The notes under the pieces were generated by a model. That model made no database searches. It worked only from the letters and a program-made list of their open reading frames with translations, and was not told the origin of the DNA. Below are positions 13,446 to 27,105 of a DNA stretch of 64,000 nt, in pieces. Numbering within the stretch: position 1 is the first letter of the stretch; every line of letters begins with the position of its first letter. Source of the stretch: Phoronis australis (taxonomy: Eukaryota > Animalia > Phoronida). The DNA lies in contig NMRA01000858.1 in NCBI GenBank assembly GCA_002633005.1, forward strand, positions 9,293 to 73,292, in the 5' to 3' direction. The position numbers and the translations under genes are program-made.

Positions 13446-16400
13446 TTTTTTTTTTAGTAGACATTTATCAACACAACCAACCAGTACATAGTTGTGCGAC
13501 AATATGACATCTAGTTTAGTGTACATCAAACAAATTACGAACATTATCGGACCCTATAAAAGCTAGTTAGGCAAAAAAGACCACCTTGCCTGGAATCTCT
13601 CTAGATCCAATTTATCATTGTAAATAATTTTTTAGAAGTTGCAGTAATCACATACCTCACGTAAAAATGACTGAAAATTGGGCTTAGTCTTTTGTAGTCT
13701 TTTCTATATAAATGAAATTTCGCTAAGCAAAGAATTAAATTTACAACTTCTGATCTAGAGGCTGGGTCTCCAAACAAGGCGGAAGGCATATTTAACTGCA
13801 GAGGGAAATTGCACTGATTTATCAACCATGTTCTTCAACGTGCCTAAAACTTCTGAATTTTTTTCCAAGATTGAGTATCATCGCATAAGTTAATTTCTCT
13901 CTCCCACTTCAATTCTGTGACAGGTTTTACATATAATTTAGCAATGAATAATTCATAGATTTCCCCAGTCCCTTTATTTTCCGAGGAGATTCGAAAAATA
14001 TGTTATGGAAAAAGTGGAGTGACTATAGTACTCTTGTCTCTTAGATGATTCCNTTAGAAATGAATAATTCATAGATTTTCCCAGTCCCTTTATTTTCCGA
14101 GGAGATTCGAAAAATATGTTCTGGAAAAAATGGAGTGACTATAGTACTCTTGTCTCTTAGATGATTCCAAGAACGAAGTATTGAACTTCGAATTCCATAA
14201 AAATGAGTAATACAAGGACAAAATTGAAAACGTGTACAAAAGGTATGATAATCATAAATATATCCCTTATCAGAGTGAATTAAATCATATACGTACCTTT
14301 TGAAACCACTCGTTCCAAAAAACTGGATTACTGTCTATACAAATTTTGGGGTTATACCACAAAGGTTGGTACAAAGGATCATATATCTAACAATAATGAT
14401 AAACTCATATAAGATATAAAAATATCCTTCCAAAAATATTCTTAGTACGGTTAGATACTTCAAGGAAAAAACTAGAACCTACCTGAAAAGAGTAATTTTT
14501 TATATTAGGATCAATTTCACATAAAATATTTAGCCAAAGAGAAGAATTGTTATAATAATTTTTGAAGAATCTTCGAATCCAAGTCAGTTTAATAGCTTTG
14601 ACAAATGACGCAATATGAACCATATTCCCAATTCCAACTTCAGATCTGTGCAACATGGTTTTTCTAGAGATTCTATCAGAAGAGGTACCCCACATAAAAT
14701 TAAAGAAGATTTTTTCAATGTCCTTAAAAAAGTAGCACTTGAAAGAGGAAGTGTGTAAAAGAGGTGAATCAGTTTTGGTAATAAGAAAGATTTTACAACC
14801 GTTATCTTACCAAAGGTAGACAAATTTCTTTTTGACCAATTTCCAGTGCCATTTCTAACCTCATTTAATTTTACATCGTAGTTTAAGTGAATCATGTCCT
14901 GTAAGTTGACAGAGAAGGTAATTCCTAGAGATGTGAAATGGGAACTTTCCCATTTTAAATCTTTTTCACAGCAAAGCCTATCACCACAACATATCTTAGA
15001 ACCAATCCATGTACAAACAGTTTTATCGATATTGGGTGTCAAACCAGAATAATTAGCAAACTGATCAAGAAGGTTAAGTGAAGATTTTAAAGAGGTCTCT
15101 GAACCATCTAGAAAGGAGACCGTGTCGTCTGCATATTGCATTAATTTATACTCTAAAGAGCCTACTTTTATGCCTTTAACATTCTCGCATTACCTCAACA
15201 TAGATGCCATAATTTCGGCACACAACAAAAAAGATAAGGTGAAAGGGGATCCCCTTGTCTGCAACCTCGGCAAATGTTAAAGTAGTTGGACGTAAAGCCA
15301 TACTGAATGACCGAAAGTTGGATACTTTCATTGAGTATTGTGAACCAATGAATAATATTGTCACCAAAATTGAAATAGTGTAGATTGAACTTTCTTAAGA
15401 AATCTCCAGGACACAGAATCAAAGGCTTTTTCAAAATCAATTAATACCAGAAGTCCGGGAATATCCTTAACTTGAACATATTGTAAGATGTCATAAATCA
15501 CTCTGGTGTTCTCCCCCATAAAGCAACCTGGGAGAAACCCAGTTTGATTAGGATGAATTAACTTATTTAAAACAGATTTTATCCTTTGTGCAATACATGC
15601 TGATAATAGTTTATAACTTGAATTTAGTAAGGAGATTGGTCTCCAATTTTTAATGTATTCACCTGGTTTCTTGCCATTAGGAATCAAAGTAATGACACCT
15701 TGACGCATAGTGGTAGGGAGACGGCCAGTTCGAAAACTGTAATTAAAAGATTTGATCAAAAATGGCGACAATTCTTTCCAAAAAAATTGTAAAACTCTAC
15801 AGGAAAACCATCAGTCCCCAGAGTTTTGTCATTCTTCATATATTTAAGGACAGTCGCAGCTTCAGTATATGTTATTGGTCCTTCTAGTTTTTCTTTCAGG
15901 TCGGCGTCCAGTTTCGACATATTTTCAGGGGTCACCAAGTCCTCCAATTAATATTGGAGAGAGTCATTTTCTTTGGCTGCATATAAATTTGCATAGAATT
16001 TTTCGATTGCACGCAGTATAGCTTTTTGGTTCATCAAGCTTCGTCCAGTCTCGTCTATAAGTTTGTGGACATTCTTGTTCACGTAATTGCGTTTTTCTAA
16101 GTTACTAAAATATTTGGACGGTTTTTCACCATCCTCGATCCATTTTGCCCGAGATCTCAGCATCATGCCTTTCACTTTGTCCTTTCTAATATATTCGTAA
16201 TCTTTCTGCAAATCTGAATAAATTTCAAGGAGCAGAGCAGAATTACTGTTGCACATCATTTCTCTAAGAAGACTTAATTGCTCCTCTAAATTCTTTTCAT
16301 GTCGATGCTTTTCTTTTTTCTTGAAAGCTAAATAAGACAAAGTATAATTTCTAATATTCAGTAGAATCATCTCAAGAAGAAGAGAGTCGTCTATAGTGGA

Positions 16401-17090
16401 CTGACCGTCTGACAAATTGGAGACATTATCAGGAGATAAATATTCCTTCTCGGTTTTAACTATGATGTCTTTCACATCAGATATATTCTACATCACGTAA
16501 TAAGGATTTGTTAAGTCACCATAGACCTTTACCTCTAACAAATTTAGAGGCCTGAATAGTAGTCACGACACAATGATGGTCGGTTCTATAACCTGGGGAC
16601 GTTTCAATATTTTCTATCCAAGAGGAAAACTCGTCGGACACTAGAAAAAAGTCCAGATAGGCTTGCTTACAAGGGTTAATTCTGAACCAAGTATAGTTTG
16701 TTGTATTTGGGTTACGTAACCGCCACGGGTCGACCAAATTTAACTGCGACATTAGCCTGATAACTTGTTTTCTTGCAGCCGGATTATTTTGGTGTTTGTA
16801 TCCTAAACAGTCAAGATTGAAATCCTGAACCAAATTCCAGTCGCCGCAAATGATTATGAACTCTGAATTGTAGTCAGAGACTACTTGAAGCAGGGTTCTA
16901 AAAAATTCAGGGTCATCCTTGTTGGGACCATAAATATTAGCTAATTGAGACTCGATTTTCAATAAGTAATTCGATGACAACAAGGCTTCCGTTATCATCA
17001 AGATGGATTTTACCAACTTCACATTCAAAGTTATTATTTAGCAATATGCAGACACCTCTATATTCTCTTGTTCCAGGAATTAAAATAAGT
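13446..17090 (-). mobile_element. L1/Tx1-like LINE copy B, same family as copy A, 5'-truncated within APE
   Basis: APE motifs RGVCILL, NIYGPN, GDWNLV, LVDPWR and TDHH; RT motifs as in copy A; poly(A) at 13446-13455. Highly similar to 5262-7613, with a deletion in the zinc-finger region. Confidence 0.95.
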
Positions 17091-17439
17091 TTTATGTCAA
17101 TTACCACATGCAAATGTTCCCAAATTACCACATTAAAAAATCTTAGCCTGCAGCACAAACTAGCGATTACTTTGATGACAACAGTGTCACCTACTGGATA
17201 CTTCGAAATTTGTTAACTACTGAAGCCAGAATGAACGGTTTAGTTAGCTTCGCAGTTTACGTCTATGCTCCGCTCAGATCACATTAAGTCAGTATGAAAA
17301 GGCCAATCAGCTCTATGATAGACAGGCACCGTAGTTCCTTGAATCTGCTTACATGAACTCAACATGCTATACATTGATCGTAGAATTGATAACATATTAC
17401 CAAGAACATTAACTTGCATAAGTCTATGAAAAAGTAAAA

Positions 17440-18640
17440 TATGTGGCACTCAATCAAAAGCTTTTGAAAAGTCGATAAATGCCCAGTAGAACCTGTCACC
17501 CCTTTTGCTTGTCTGTTTCTGACATATCACATACAAAGACATATTATATTATCCAAAATCATGTAACACTTGCGGAATCCTGCTTGTGCTTCAAAAAATT
17601 GACCATTACTTTTGGCCCAGTTATAAAATCGCTTATTCAGCATTCTGGTAAAGTGTTCCTCGATAGCCAACAGAAGTGAAATACCTCTAAAATTATTCTC
17701 ATTATCCACGTTATCTTGTTTAAACAACGGAATATAACAGCGCATCTTACCAAACCTGGGGATAGAAACCTGACTGGAAAATTACATTGAAATTCATGAG
17801 GGAATCACTAATAGGCACTTTTTGGTTTAACTGATTCTTAAAATAATCATGCCATTTCTGTGGTGTAATAGACATGGCTGCGTACCTCGGAGGTTGCATA
17901 CTAAATTTGATTATTTTCCAAAACTCTATTGGGTTGTACCCATTATTGGAAATACTTTCCAGTACCTGAGCTTCATAATTTTTCTCTTTTTGTCTATATA
18001 ATTCACGGAATTGTTTTCTTTTTAATTTATAATTATCCACACCGAAATCAACATAAAGATTCACGTTTAGCATTTTTGGCAGATTCTTTATCCCACCACA
18101 TGGGTTGACTTGGTTTCTTGCCTTTATTTTTCTAGTGAATGACTTGTTTTTATGATTTGAAAATGTCAATGCGGTCTGAAAATACAGATCTGAGATACAC
18201 TGAACTGCCCTGTCTACATCATTTTTGTGTTAAATACTCTTCTATTGTCATTGCGCAGTTGTATAATTCGACTGAAAACGCCTGCGAATATTCAACTGTT
18301 TTCAGTAAGCTATGCTGGTAACCAATCTAGTCAGATGTTTTTGCATCTGAACTCCATTCTCCTCGATATAGGGCAAAAAAACAATCAAGTCCATATTGTA
18401 CAGCTTGTCTCTGAGAGTACCTTGTTCACTGATGGTGTTGTAAACGAATCACAGAAATTTCATATCATTTTGTAATAAGAGGGAATTGGAACACAACAGT
18501 CATTCTGATGGTTTGGATTTAAAGAACTTTCACTTTATACCTGATAGAGTGAATAATGTGTATTAACCAGCCATAAAATGTAGGACTGCAGCATGCAGAT
18601 GTAATCCAAGCTAATGATCTGCCCTGGGTTATATACAACT
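17440..18640 (-). mobile_element. Degraded non-L1 LINE (CR1/RTE-X-like): end of APE, linker and RT N-terminus
   Basis: IPLFK...NNFRGISLL...EAQAGFRK (17527-17745), AFIDFSKAFD (~17452-17482) and linker NPIEFWKIIK...WHDYFKNQLN (17747-18169). Confidence 0.75.
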
Positions 18641-19087
18641 GAACATCGAGAAAATATATCATGCTGTCCAGCTTTTATAATTACAGAACAGCATTATTTT
18701 CTAACAAGAATGATCTTGATAATACTACTCAGTCTATTAAAGACCAATACAATATTTGTCTGTTGTCTTTTCCACAAAAAATACTTAAGTCTTGGGCTCC
18801 AAAAAATTCAAAAAACAATCCAATCTAGCATGAGCAAAGGGCAACATAGCCAAGACAACAAAATACGCTATGATTACGAGTCATTTTGAAATAACTAATT
18901 TCAAGTGTTCCATTGTCATCTGCCAAATATGACAATAATGGTGATGACAAAATTGATTATTAAAGTTTAGTCACAAAAGAAATTGTCTACAGCCAGAAGG
19001 CAGATCCGCCATGCAATCCCGTATCACACATGCAGTAGATGACATTATGGCCCAAAGTGATGAATAATTGTTAACCTTTAATCAATA

Positions 19088-20589
19088 CCGTATTCGCCGT
19101 AATAACCGCCCACGCCCCCATAAGCGCCCCCACGCATTTTCAGATTTTGCTAAAATAAGCGCCCAGTCCATGAACGTGTACGTGCAAAAATGCCTTACCT
19201 ACAGTTCAAAATTCTACAGTAACGTCTTCAAGTTATTAATAATATCTGACAGTCCTGAAAAAAATCATTGTGCGCAGAATGTGTAGACGACGAGCCTCGC
19301 AGCTATGTCGGTGACTATACACTTCAAACTTCCCCCATGCCTAAAAACGAGCACTTAAATTTCTGCTGATCTTGCGAGAACCAATGGTCTGGCCTTTCAG
19401 AACAGAAGTAGTGTACTTGTCTACGGGATTGCTTTGTAGATATTTCCTGCTTTCAACAGGAATCCAAAATTTCTTTGTACACGTGAAAACCGCGAATCGA
19501 AGACTAATATAAAGCTTGGCCAGTGTTAAAAGCACGTGGCCAGGAAGCGCGCCCTACACACATGAACCTGTCAGCAAAGACATTAGTCGGGAACTATCTA
19601 TTCATGAAACGGGTAGCATAGCATCAGCAAGAAATGAATATTGGCACTAATTTTCGATAGTTCCTAATACTATAAAAAAAGTTTGCATAATTTTTAAGAT
19701 GAATTGTTTGATTAACCATAATTGGTGTTTTTAAGCCAAATATCCGATAAAATGACCACTGACAGTGAATGCTTACACACCCTTACACCGAAAAATAACT
19801 GTCAGATAGTCACGTATGCATCCAGCCACACAGCGACTTGGTCTTACCAAGATAAATGTCGAACATTTTTAGCACATGACACCGGCAAGTGCTGAATGAA
19901 ACACACTCTGGTTTAGGCCAACTGCTTGTGCAAATTTCTTTAGATACGATGTACATCTAGCTCATTAAGATTGCGTGGCTCTGGCCAATAGACGGTCTCT
20001 GCTCTGGCAAATGAACTCTGGTGACACGCACGCGCTCGCTTACTCGCAAACGCAGACGAACTTCAAAACAAACGTCACGCCTTGACAACAACATGTGTGT
20101 TCCGTCCAGACATTTTTCTCATGTTGCCGATCATACATGTAGATGGCACGATGTAGCACAGATTTGTACTTAAACCTGCCATGATCCCGACTCCACTGGA
20201 ACTTAAAAATCCTAGGGACGCTACTTGGTAAACTTAAAGAGAATTTCAGGTAATTTGTTTGTGAGTCGAAACTATTTTTATTCAAGCATTCAAGTAGCCA
20301 TATCAACAATTGCGATGCAGGCAGTCGGCGAGTTTTCGCCCTGGGATTTCACCACAATTTTCTATAAAATGATCGTAATTTAGCAGCAGTTTGATAGCAA
20401 TGTACCACGGTTTTGTAGAAAGTCTTTCATAGATTACAGATATGTCACAGAGCGTAAATATGATGAATCTTAGCTTCCCATTTCACCCTTTTCGGAGACC
20501 GGGTTTCAACAGCCTTGGGTTATAATAATCGCCCCCCCCCTGAAACAAACTTTTCTAAGCGCCCTGGGCGGTTATTATGACGAATACGG
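19088..20589 (+). mobile_element. Non-autonomous Tc1/mariner (pogo/Tc2-like) element, copy 1, 1.5 kb
   Basis: 24-bp TIRs CCGTATTCGCCGTAATAACCGCCC with 2 mismatches and TA on both flanks. No transposase ORF. Strand is arbitrary. Confidence 0.9.
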
Positions 20590-20906
20590 TAAGTTCTAAA
20601 TACTTTATCATTTATTTGAGATACTATTGCCAAACTTCTTGAATGGCAGTCCACCTTGTTAGAAATTATGGCTCAGTTCAACCACAATTTAAGTCCTGCG
20701 ATTCAACCATGAACATCCGCCCTCAGTCAAGCATGCTGTTTTATACACGTGCAACAGTGAACAGAAAAAATTTCTTTTTCCAAATAATGAATGCATTCAA
20801 ATTCTTGAAATTATTGAGCTCTCGAGGTCTAGCTTTTCAGGTACGCTAGCCACAATAATGGCCCGATATTTGCACAGGCACCTTTAATAAGTAGAAAGTA
20901 ACTCAC

Positions 20907-21051
20907 CTGATCAACATGTTTACCCACAACCAGAATGGGTGCCTCGGGAGCATGACTGTTTATGGAGCTAAGTCAGAAGTCCAGACCAGCATGTTCAAAA
21001 CCCAGTCGCATATTCCAGACAAGAAGGTAAACAGCTCGATCAGATAAAAAA
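20907..21051 (-). pseudogene. Roco pseudogene exon D (Roc strands up to the G4 box)
   Basis: TTTTGTAG acceptor and CAG|GTGAGT donor. Reads (F)LSDRAVYLLVWNMRLGFEHAGLDF*LSSINSHAPEAPILVVGKHVDQ, with TGA at 20973-20975 replacing the conserved Trp and a frameshift in the T-run at the exon start. Confidence 0.9.
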
Positions 21052-21912
21052 CTACAAAATTTATAAACAGTTGTTACAAGTACCATAATGTAGTTAATGT
21101 AAGACGGAACCTTATCAGTACATGTTTTCTAACCCAGTAGTTGTAAATTATGTTATTTCTGAAATATCCAGCAAACTGCAAAACAGTCTTGCAGCCACAA
21201 TTATCATCTTTTTGAACTAGACATAGTTTTATCTTTAGCAACATTGATAACGAATGGCACACACAAACGGCAGTTAAATCACAAGTTATAACACTACAAA
21301 TTGTTTTTCAAGTTATAACCATAATTGATCATATATTGACAAAACGCATCGAGGAAGGATGTGTTCATATGATAGACCTGAAACATTTTAATGTAGCTCT
21401 ACTACTCAAATCGTTTCTATTGCACACAAAATATTACATGTACAATTCCAAAATTAAAAAGAGTGCTATCACTTGAAAGATTTCATTAATTATTTGACAA
21501 TTTTACTGCTGAGAAATATATTCTAAAGTTGAGAAAATCCAAAATTCAAATGAAATACAGAAATTCTGGACACCGTGGGAATCAATCTTTGCTGACTAAG
21601 TTATCGATTTCCTGATACATGTACATATTGCACACTTAAACTAATCTGAGAAGGCCCTCCACTGAGAGAGTTACATTGTGCATATTATGTAGTACTTCAA
21701 CACTATGGTTAACAATTTTGTAATGTAATATTTGAATGTCATTAACACAACATTATTGTCAACTGTCTATCTGTAATGTTTGAAGAATAAATGGTAAAAA
21801 TTAAATTCATGGCATTTTGCTATAAACAAACTAAGGTTTACTTTTACACATCTTTGAGACCTTAACTCATCTTATGATTATCACAAGAAAATTATTACTC
21901 TGTAGAAAATAC

Positions 21913-22054
21913 CTTATGAGTATTATAGTACACAGTTTGTCCTGCAAAGTCCCATACACTATAGGTCGGCTCAGTCCCTCGTCACAGTATGAGTCCATCT
22001 GTTACTCTGGGGACATTGTAATTTGTTCTTCGTCTGGTCAACTGGTCCACCAAG
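21913..22054 (-). pseudogene. Roco pseudogene exon C (switch I TDG and G3 WDFAGQ)
   Basis: TTTAG acceptor (phase 2) and AAG|GTATTT donor. Reads LVDQLTRRRTNYNVPRVTDGLIL*RGTEPTYSVWDFAGQTVYYNTHK, with TGA at 21982-21984. Confidence 0.9.
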
Positions 22055-22057
22055 CTA

Positions 22058-23078
22058 AACAAGAGCAATGCAGAGTGTTGAAATGTGCCCACGGATGTCT
22101 CACAACTGGTGTGCTTTAAGGGTTTGTTGGTATCATAAAAATGGCCAAAAGATGGCGCAAAAACGTACAATCCATTGGAAAAGGAGAACATGTCATTGCT
22201 TCTTTTAAAGAAAACTATTCACCGTATTTCATAACAAGAGCAACTCAGAGTGTTGAAATGAGCCCACGAATGCACCGCAAATGGTGCGCTTCTAGGGCTG
22301 TCTTTGTTTCATAAAAATAGCCACTAGATGGCACAAAAACATCCAATCCACCTAAAAACAGGAAAATATTATCGTTTCTTTAACAGAAAGCTATTTACCA
22401 AATTTCACAAAAATCTGTCAAGAAACTTCAGAGAAACGAAGGAGAATGGAAAAATTGAACTTGCCACAATGGGACAGAGCATTCATTGGATCGGCCTGAA
22501 AGACACTGTCTGATGTTAGCTTCATATAAATACAATTACTAAGTTTAATATGAAGATCATGTAGTGTGTTAAGGAGACACAGCTATGGGCACAAAACAAA
22601 ATAAACTATCACTAGGAGGCGCCACAGTAGTCGAATGTGTTATAGTCAACTGCCCTCTTCACACTGAAAACATACACGCCAATTTTCAAAATCATCCTTA
22701 TAGGCCATAGTCCATTTGACTCTAGGAAGCCTAGAAAATCACTTCCGTGGCCACTTTTGGGGCAAAATAATTTTGGTGTTTTTAAGGTCATTAAGTACTG
22801 CACTTTAAGAATCTAAAAAGTTCCCAAGGTCTGACTTGCACGTTTTCGAGAAATTTGACCTAAAAAATCTGACTTTTTGCATAATTTGGCACAGAAAATC
22901 AAACCTTCAAAAACCAACAACACTAGACAAAAACTGAATGATAATTTGATTGGGATTTGTTCATTTGAAATTACTGAACAAGCAAAGTGATATATATTAT
23001 GGTATTAGATGGAAAATTGCTCAAAAAAAGAGAAAAGGGAATATCTTAGCAGAACCTTCTGTTGGCCAGAAAACATAC
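22058..23078 (+). mobile_element. Helentron-associated (HINE/DINE-like) repeat with internal tandem subunits
   Basis: Starts AACAAGAG, repeated at 22233. ~145-bp subunits related to 56596-57790 carry CCACTAGATGGCAC (22321) and CACTAGGAGGCGCC (~22610). Terminal hairpin TTCTG-TTGGC-CAGAA at ~23057-23071. Confidence 0.6.
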
Positions 23079-24556
23079 TACTATATTCTGATCTGCCATA
23101 AAAACAAATACTGTTAAACATTCACCTCCAGGTGCGCGCATGACAAGAGCTCTGTTTTTTTCACAAAAACTTAAAAACTTAAAAACTTATTAGCAATGAT
23201 ACTTCTCTTGCAGTCAGTGTTGATACGTTTGTTTGCAGTAGCCTTAGACNCCTTGCATACAAATGGTTCAATGTCTTCCATGAGTTAACCATGAAACACA
23301 AATTTTGAGCCCAACTTGAATGTCAATAAAAAAGTTTAAAAATTTTTTTGCAAGTCTGCATCCTACCCAAAATAAAAAAAAAAGTTTTGACAACCTGAAT
23401 ACCATTTCATCTAAACGAGTTGTTACAGTAATCATATTTAACTGAAATAGATAACCAAAATGCTGTTGATCTTAGCACACAGTATGGCCGACAACTGAAA
23501 TTTCATTTTGTCTAAGTGCTCAGCGATATAGAAATGAGCATCATTACTAGCATTGGCTGTACTGTGCAGCTGCCTTCAAACAATTTAAAAGTACATAGAA
23601 ACATTTTTATCATCCTTATTTATAGTAGTTCAGCCTTTGAAAATAGAGGAATGGTCATGTTGGCAATAGTTTTTGTTTGAGATTGAGAAACGTCTTCTTT
23701 ACCGTAGAGCTAAAATTTAAATTGACTTCCTGTTTTAAATAGCACATAGTTGGAAGCGTAAACATTTTCTTTTGCTAAAAACTCCAATTCAACAATCTTC
23801 AAAACATGAGATACTGAAATCTGCACAACATTTGAATTTTCAAGATAAATGAATTACAAAAGACAGGCAATATTTCCACTTTTTATTCTTAAATTCTAAG
23901 CAATGCTCATGATTTTACATAAATGGTCTTAAAATAGGCTTAGAAATTCATAAAAAGCAGTGCTAATCACTCACATGTAGGTAAAAACTACTGCCAGTAC
24001 CTTGGAGATTGGGACGGCTATTACTACAAATTTATCAAGCAAAATATTTTTTTCCCGTTACCTAAACTAAGNTGCTCATGATTTTACATAAATGGTCTTA
24101 AAATAGGCTTAGAAATTCATAAAAAGCAGTGCTAATCACTCACATGTAGGTAAAAACTACTGGCAGTACCTTGGAGATTGGGACGGCTATTACTACAAAT
24201 TTATCAAGAAAATTTTTTTTTCCCGTTACCTAAACTAAGGATTATTTACCATAAATTAGGAATAGGTAGGCCTATTTACAATTGAATGTTTGGAACTGCG
24301 ATAGGTTTTCAACTTTCTTTTGTTTGTGAAGTTCCCCTGTGATGAAATTTGATTTGTGGCAAATGGTTCATTGTGGTGGCAAGACATATACGGTTTATTT
24401 CTTTGAGCACTGTTAAATGTACATGTAACTGACAGCGACAGGGCACGTGGGCACAACATTATTTCCATCATCAGCTTGGTCTCTTTTTCTTTTTTAAGAG
24501 CTCTTTCAATTTTTGTTATATCTGTTAAGTGTCTGTAACACTGCTTGTAATAGAAG

Positions 24557-24789
24557 TATGCGCGCACCAAGCCTAAAAATGGGGGGCTCAAGTTTTTGAG
24601 AATGTGGACATTTATTAAGATTGCGCATTTGCCAAATTTTGGTAGTTCCTGCCTTTTAAGTGAACTTTTGTCTCGTTTTCTACCGTTTTGGAGTTTTTGT
24701 TTCTGAGGCTGAACTTTTTATTCACTTTACCAAATGGGGGAGGCTTATTCAAGCCCCTGAGTGACCCCCCACCTCCATGTGCGCGCATG
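24557..24789. mobile_element. hAT-like MITE with probable 5-bp TSD
   Basis: TIRs TATGCGCGCAC and GTGCGCGCATG. Flanks AGAAG (24552-24556) and ACAAG (24790-24794) differ by one base. Confidence 0.6.
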
Positions 24790-25424
24790 ACAAGAGCTCT
24801 GTTTTTTTCACAAAAACTTGAAAACTTATTAGCAATGATACTTCTCTTGCAGTCAGTGTTGATACGTTTGTTTGCAGTAGCCTTAGACCAGATAATATCT
24901 GAAAATTCCAGCTCAGAAATTTGAGCAGAACCTGACACATGAATGCTGCAAAGCCGGGGCAGACATCTTGCCAGTCTATTGTGAAGTCACACACTCGTTC
25001 AATAATTCATGGTTTCAGCAGAGTCCCAGCTGTCCCAAAACTTTTCTTTGCCAAACACAAAATGATTCAGGAATGTGCCAAGAATTGTTTTAGTATGATG
25101 ACACTCGTGGCCACTTCATTTGGCTTTCCTCAATTCCTAACTTCTGCCTGCTGATTTTTGGGCATTGGTCCTTGGTAATTGCCAATTACTTGTTCACCCA
25201 TCTATCCAATGTAGTCAGTAGCAGTAAACAAGCTACCTAAACCAGCAGGATAAAATCAGCTGACTGTCCTCTGATGAATGTTTTCATGCCAAGCAGATGA
25301 CTTTTGAAGGGGAAAGGTATGGACACAATATTCTTCTGGCATTTGATTGGTTGTTTGGATCATTTTGCACTAACACCTGGTGGCTAACACATTAGTTGAG
25401 GTATATTTTTTCCAACTTTTAAAT

Positions 25425-26616
25425 TAAACGTGCAAGTGTATTCTTGGGAACTTTTTTGAAATTGACTTTTGAACATTTGTAGATGGGTTTAATGCAAAGT
25501 TCCCGTTGCCCCCAGAAAGTGGCCACGGAGGTGAAAGATAGAAGAGCTGGGACTATGGCCTATTAGAATGGTTTGGTTGATCGATGGGTGGATGCCAAAG
25601 AACAGACTCGAAAACAGGAAAAAAAATGGCCACTAGGTGGCAAAAACTATATCGAATCCATCCGAAAACAGGTGCCTATAAAACAAATCTTATGAAAATT
25701 TGTTGAGGACTTTTGAAGAGACAGAGGTAAACGTCGAAAACTAAAATTGCCGCTAGGGGGGCACAACAGTATTCAGATCCATTAGAACACATATGCAAAA
25801 TTTCATGAACATACGTCAAGGGGTTATGGAGATAGAGCAGTGGATGTCGGACGGACGGAGACTACGGCATGATGCGTCCACATATAAAGAAGTGACTGGG
25901 CGTATAAAAAGTGAAGAGCAGNAAATCAGCTGACTGTCCTCTGATGAATGTTTTCATGCCAAGCAGACGACTTTTGAAGGGGAAAGGTATGGACACAATA
26001 TTCTTCTGGCATTTGATTGGTTGTTCGGATCATTTTGCACTAACACCTGGTGGCTAACACATTAGTTGAGGTATATTTTTTCCAACTTTTAAATTAAACG
26101 TGCAAGTGTATTCTTGGGAACTTTTTTGAAATTGACTTTTGAGCATTTGTAGATGGGTTTAATGCAAAGTTCCCGTTGCCCCCAGAAAGTGGCCACGGAC
26201 GGAGGTGAAAGATAGAAGAGCTGGGACTATGGCCTATTAGAATGGTTTGGTTGATCGATGAGTGGACGCCAAAGAACAGACTCGAAAACAGGAAAAAAAT
26301 GGCCACTAGGTGGCAAAAACTATATCGAATCCATCCGAAAACAGGTGCCTATAAACCAAATCTTATGAAAATTTGTTGAGGACTTTTGAAGAGACAGAGG
26401 TAAACGTTGAAAACTAAAATTAACGCTAGGGGGGCACAACAGTATTCGGATCCATCAGAAAGTTTGCTCATGCCGTCCCATCCACTGAAGGAACACATAT
26501 GCAAAATTTCATGAACATACGTCAAGGGGTTATGGAGATAGAGCAGTGGATGTCGGATGGACGGAGACTACGGCATGATGCATCCACATATAAATAAGTG
26601 ACTGGGGGTATAAAAA
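25425..26616 (+). mobile_element. Helentron-type repeat 3' portion, present twice across the N at 25922
   Basis: CCACTAGGTGGC and CCGCTAGGGGGG motifs, a (CGGA)n microsatellite and a degenerate hairpin ending ...TATAAAAA at ~25910 and ~26616. Reverse-complement match to 56596-57100. Confidence 0.7.
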
Positions 26617-27105
26617 GTGAAGAGCAGCAGAGTATTTTTCACGATGTCTTAATACAATGTCTCACTAAAATCTTGACAGTAAAGTTTTTACAATTTTCTT
26701 AAAGTCAAATTTAATGATGCTCCTTCAAACCATATAGCAGATAGAGGCAAGCACCAAAACCCCCAAAAACACTAAAGGTGCAACTGCGGTACACAAAACA
26801 TGCCAAAGTCATCCAAAAATGGCCAGATGCTGTTAGCCAGATGCTGTTTTCTCCTAACCTTCCTCAAATTTTAGAGTTATGGCTCCTACACCAAAAGTTA
26901 AATCAGTATGTAACTTTTTGTCTAATAAAGTTTTACTGTAATGTCCATAATGTTTTTATGAAAGAAGAGGTGGATCATCAAATTCGGTTTTGAGCTATTT
27001 TAACTCAAACACCTCCACATGAAAACTCACGTCAAGCTGACGTCAAAACTGAGCCAATTTCAAAATCACGATTATTCCGCCGCATTTCACTGGATGGTAA
27101 TTATA

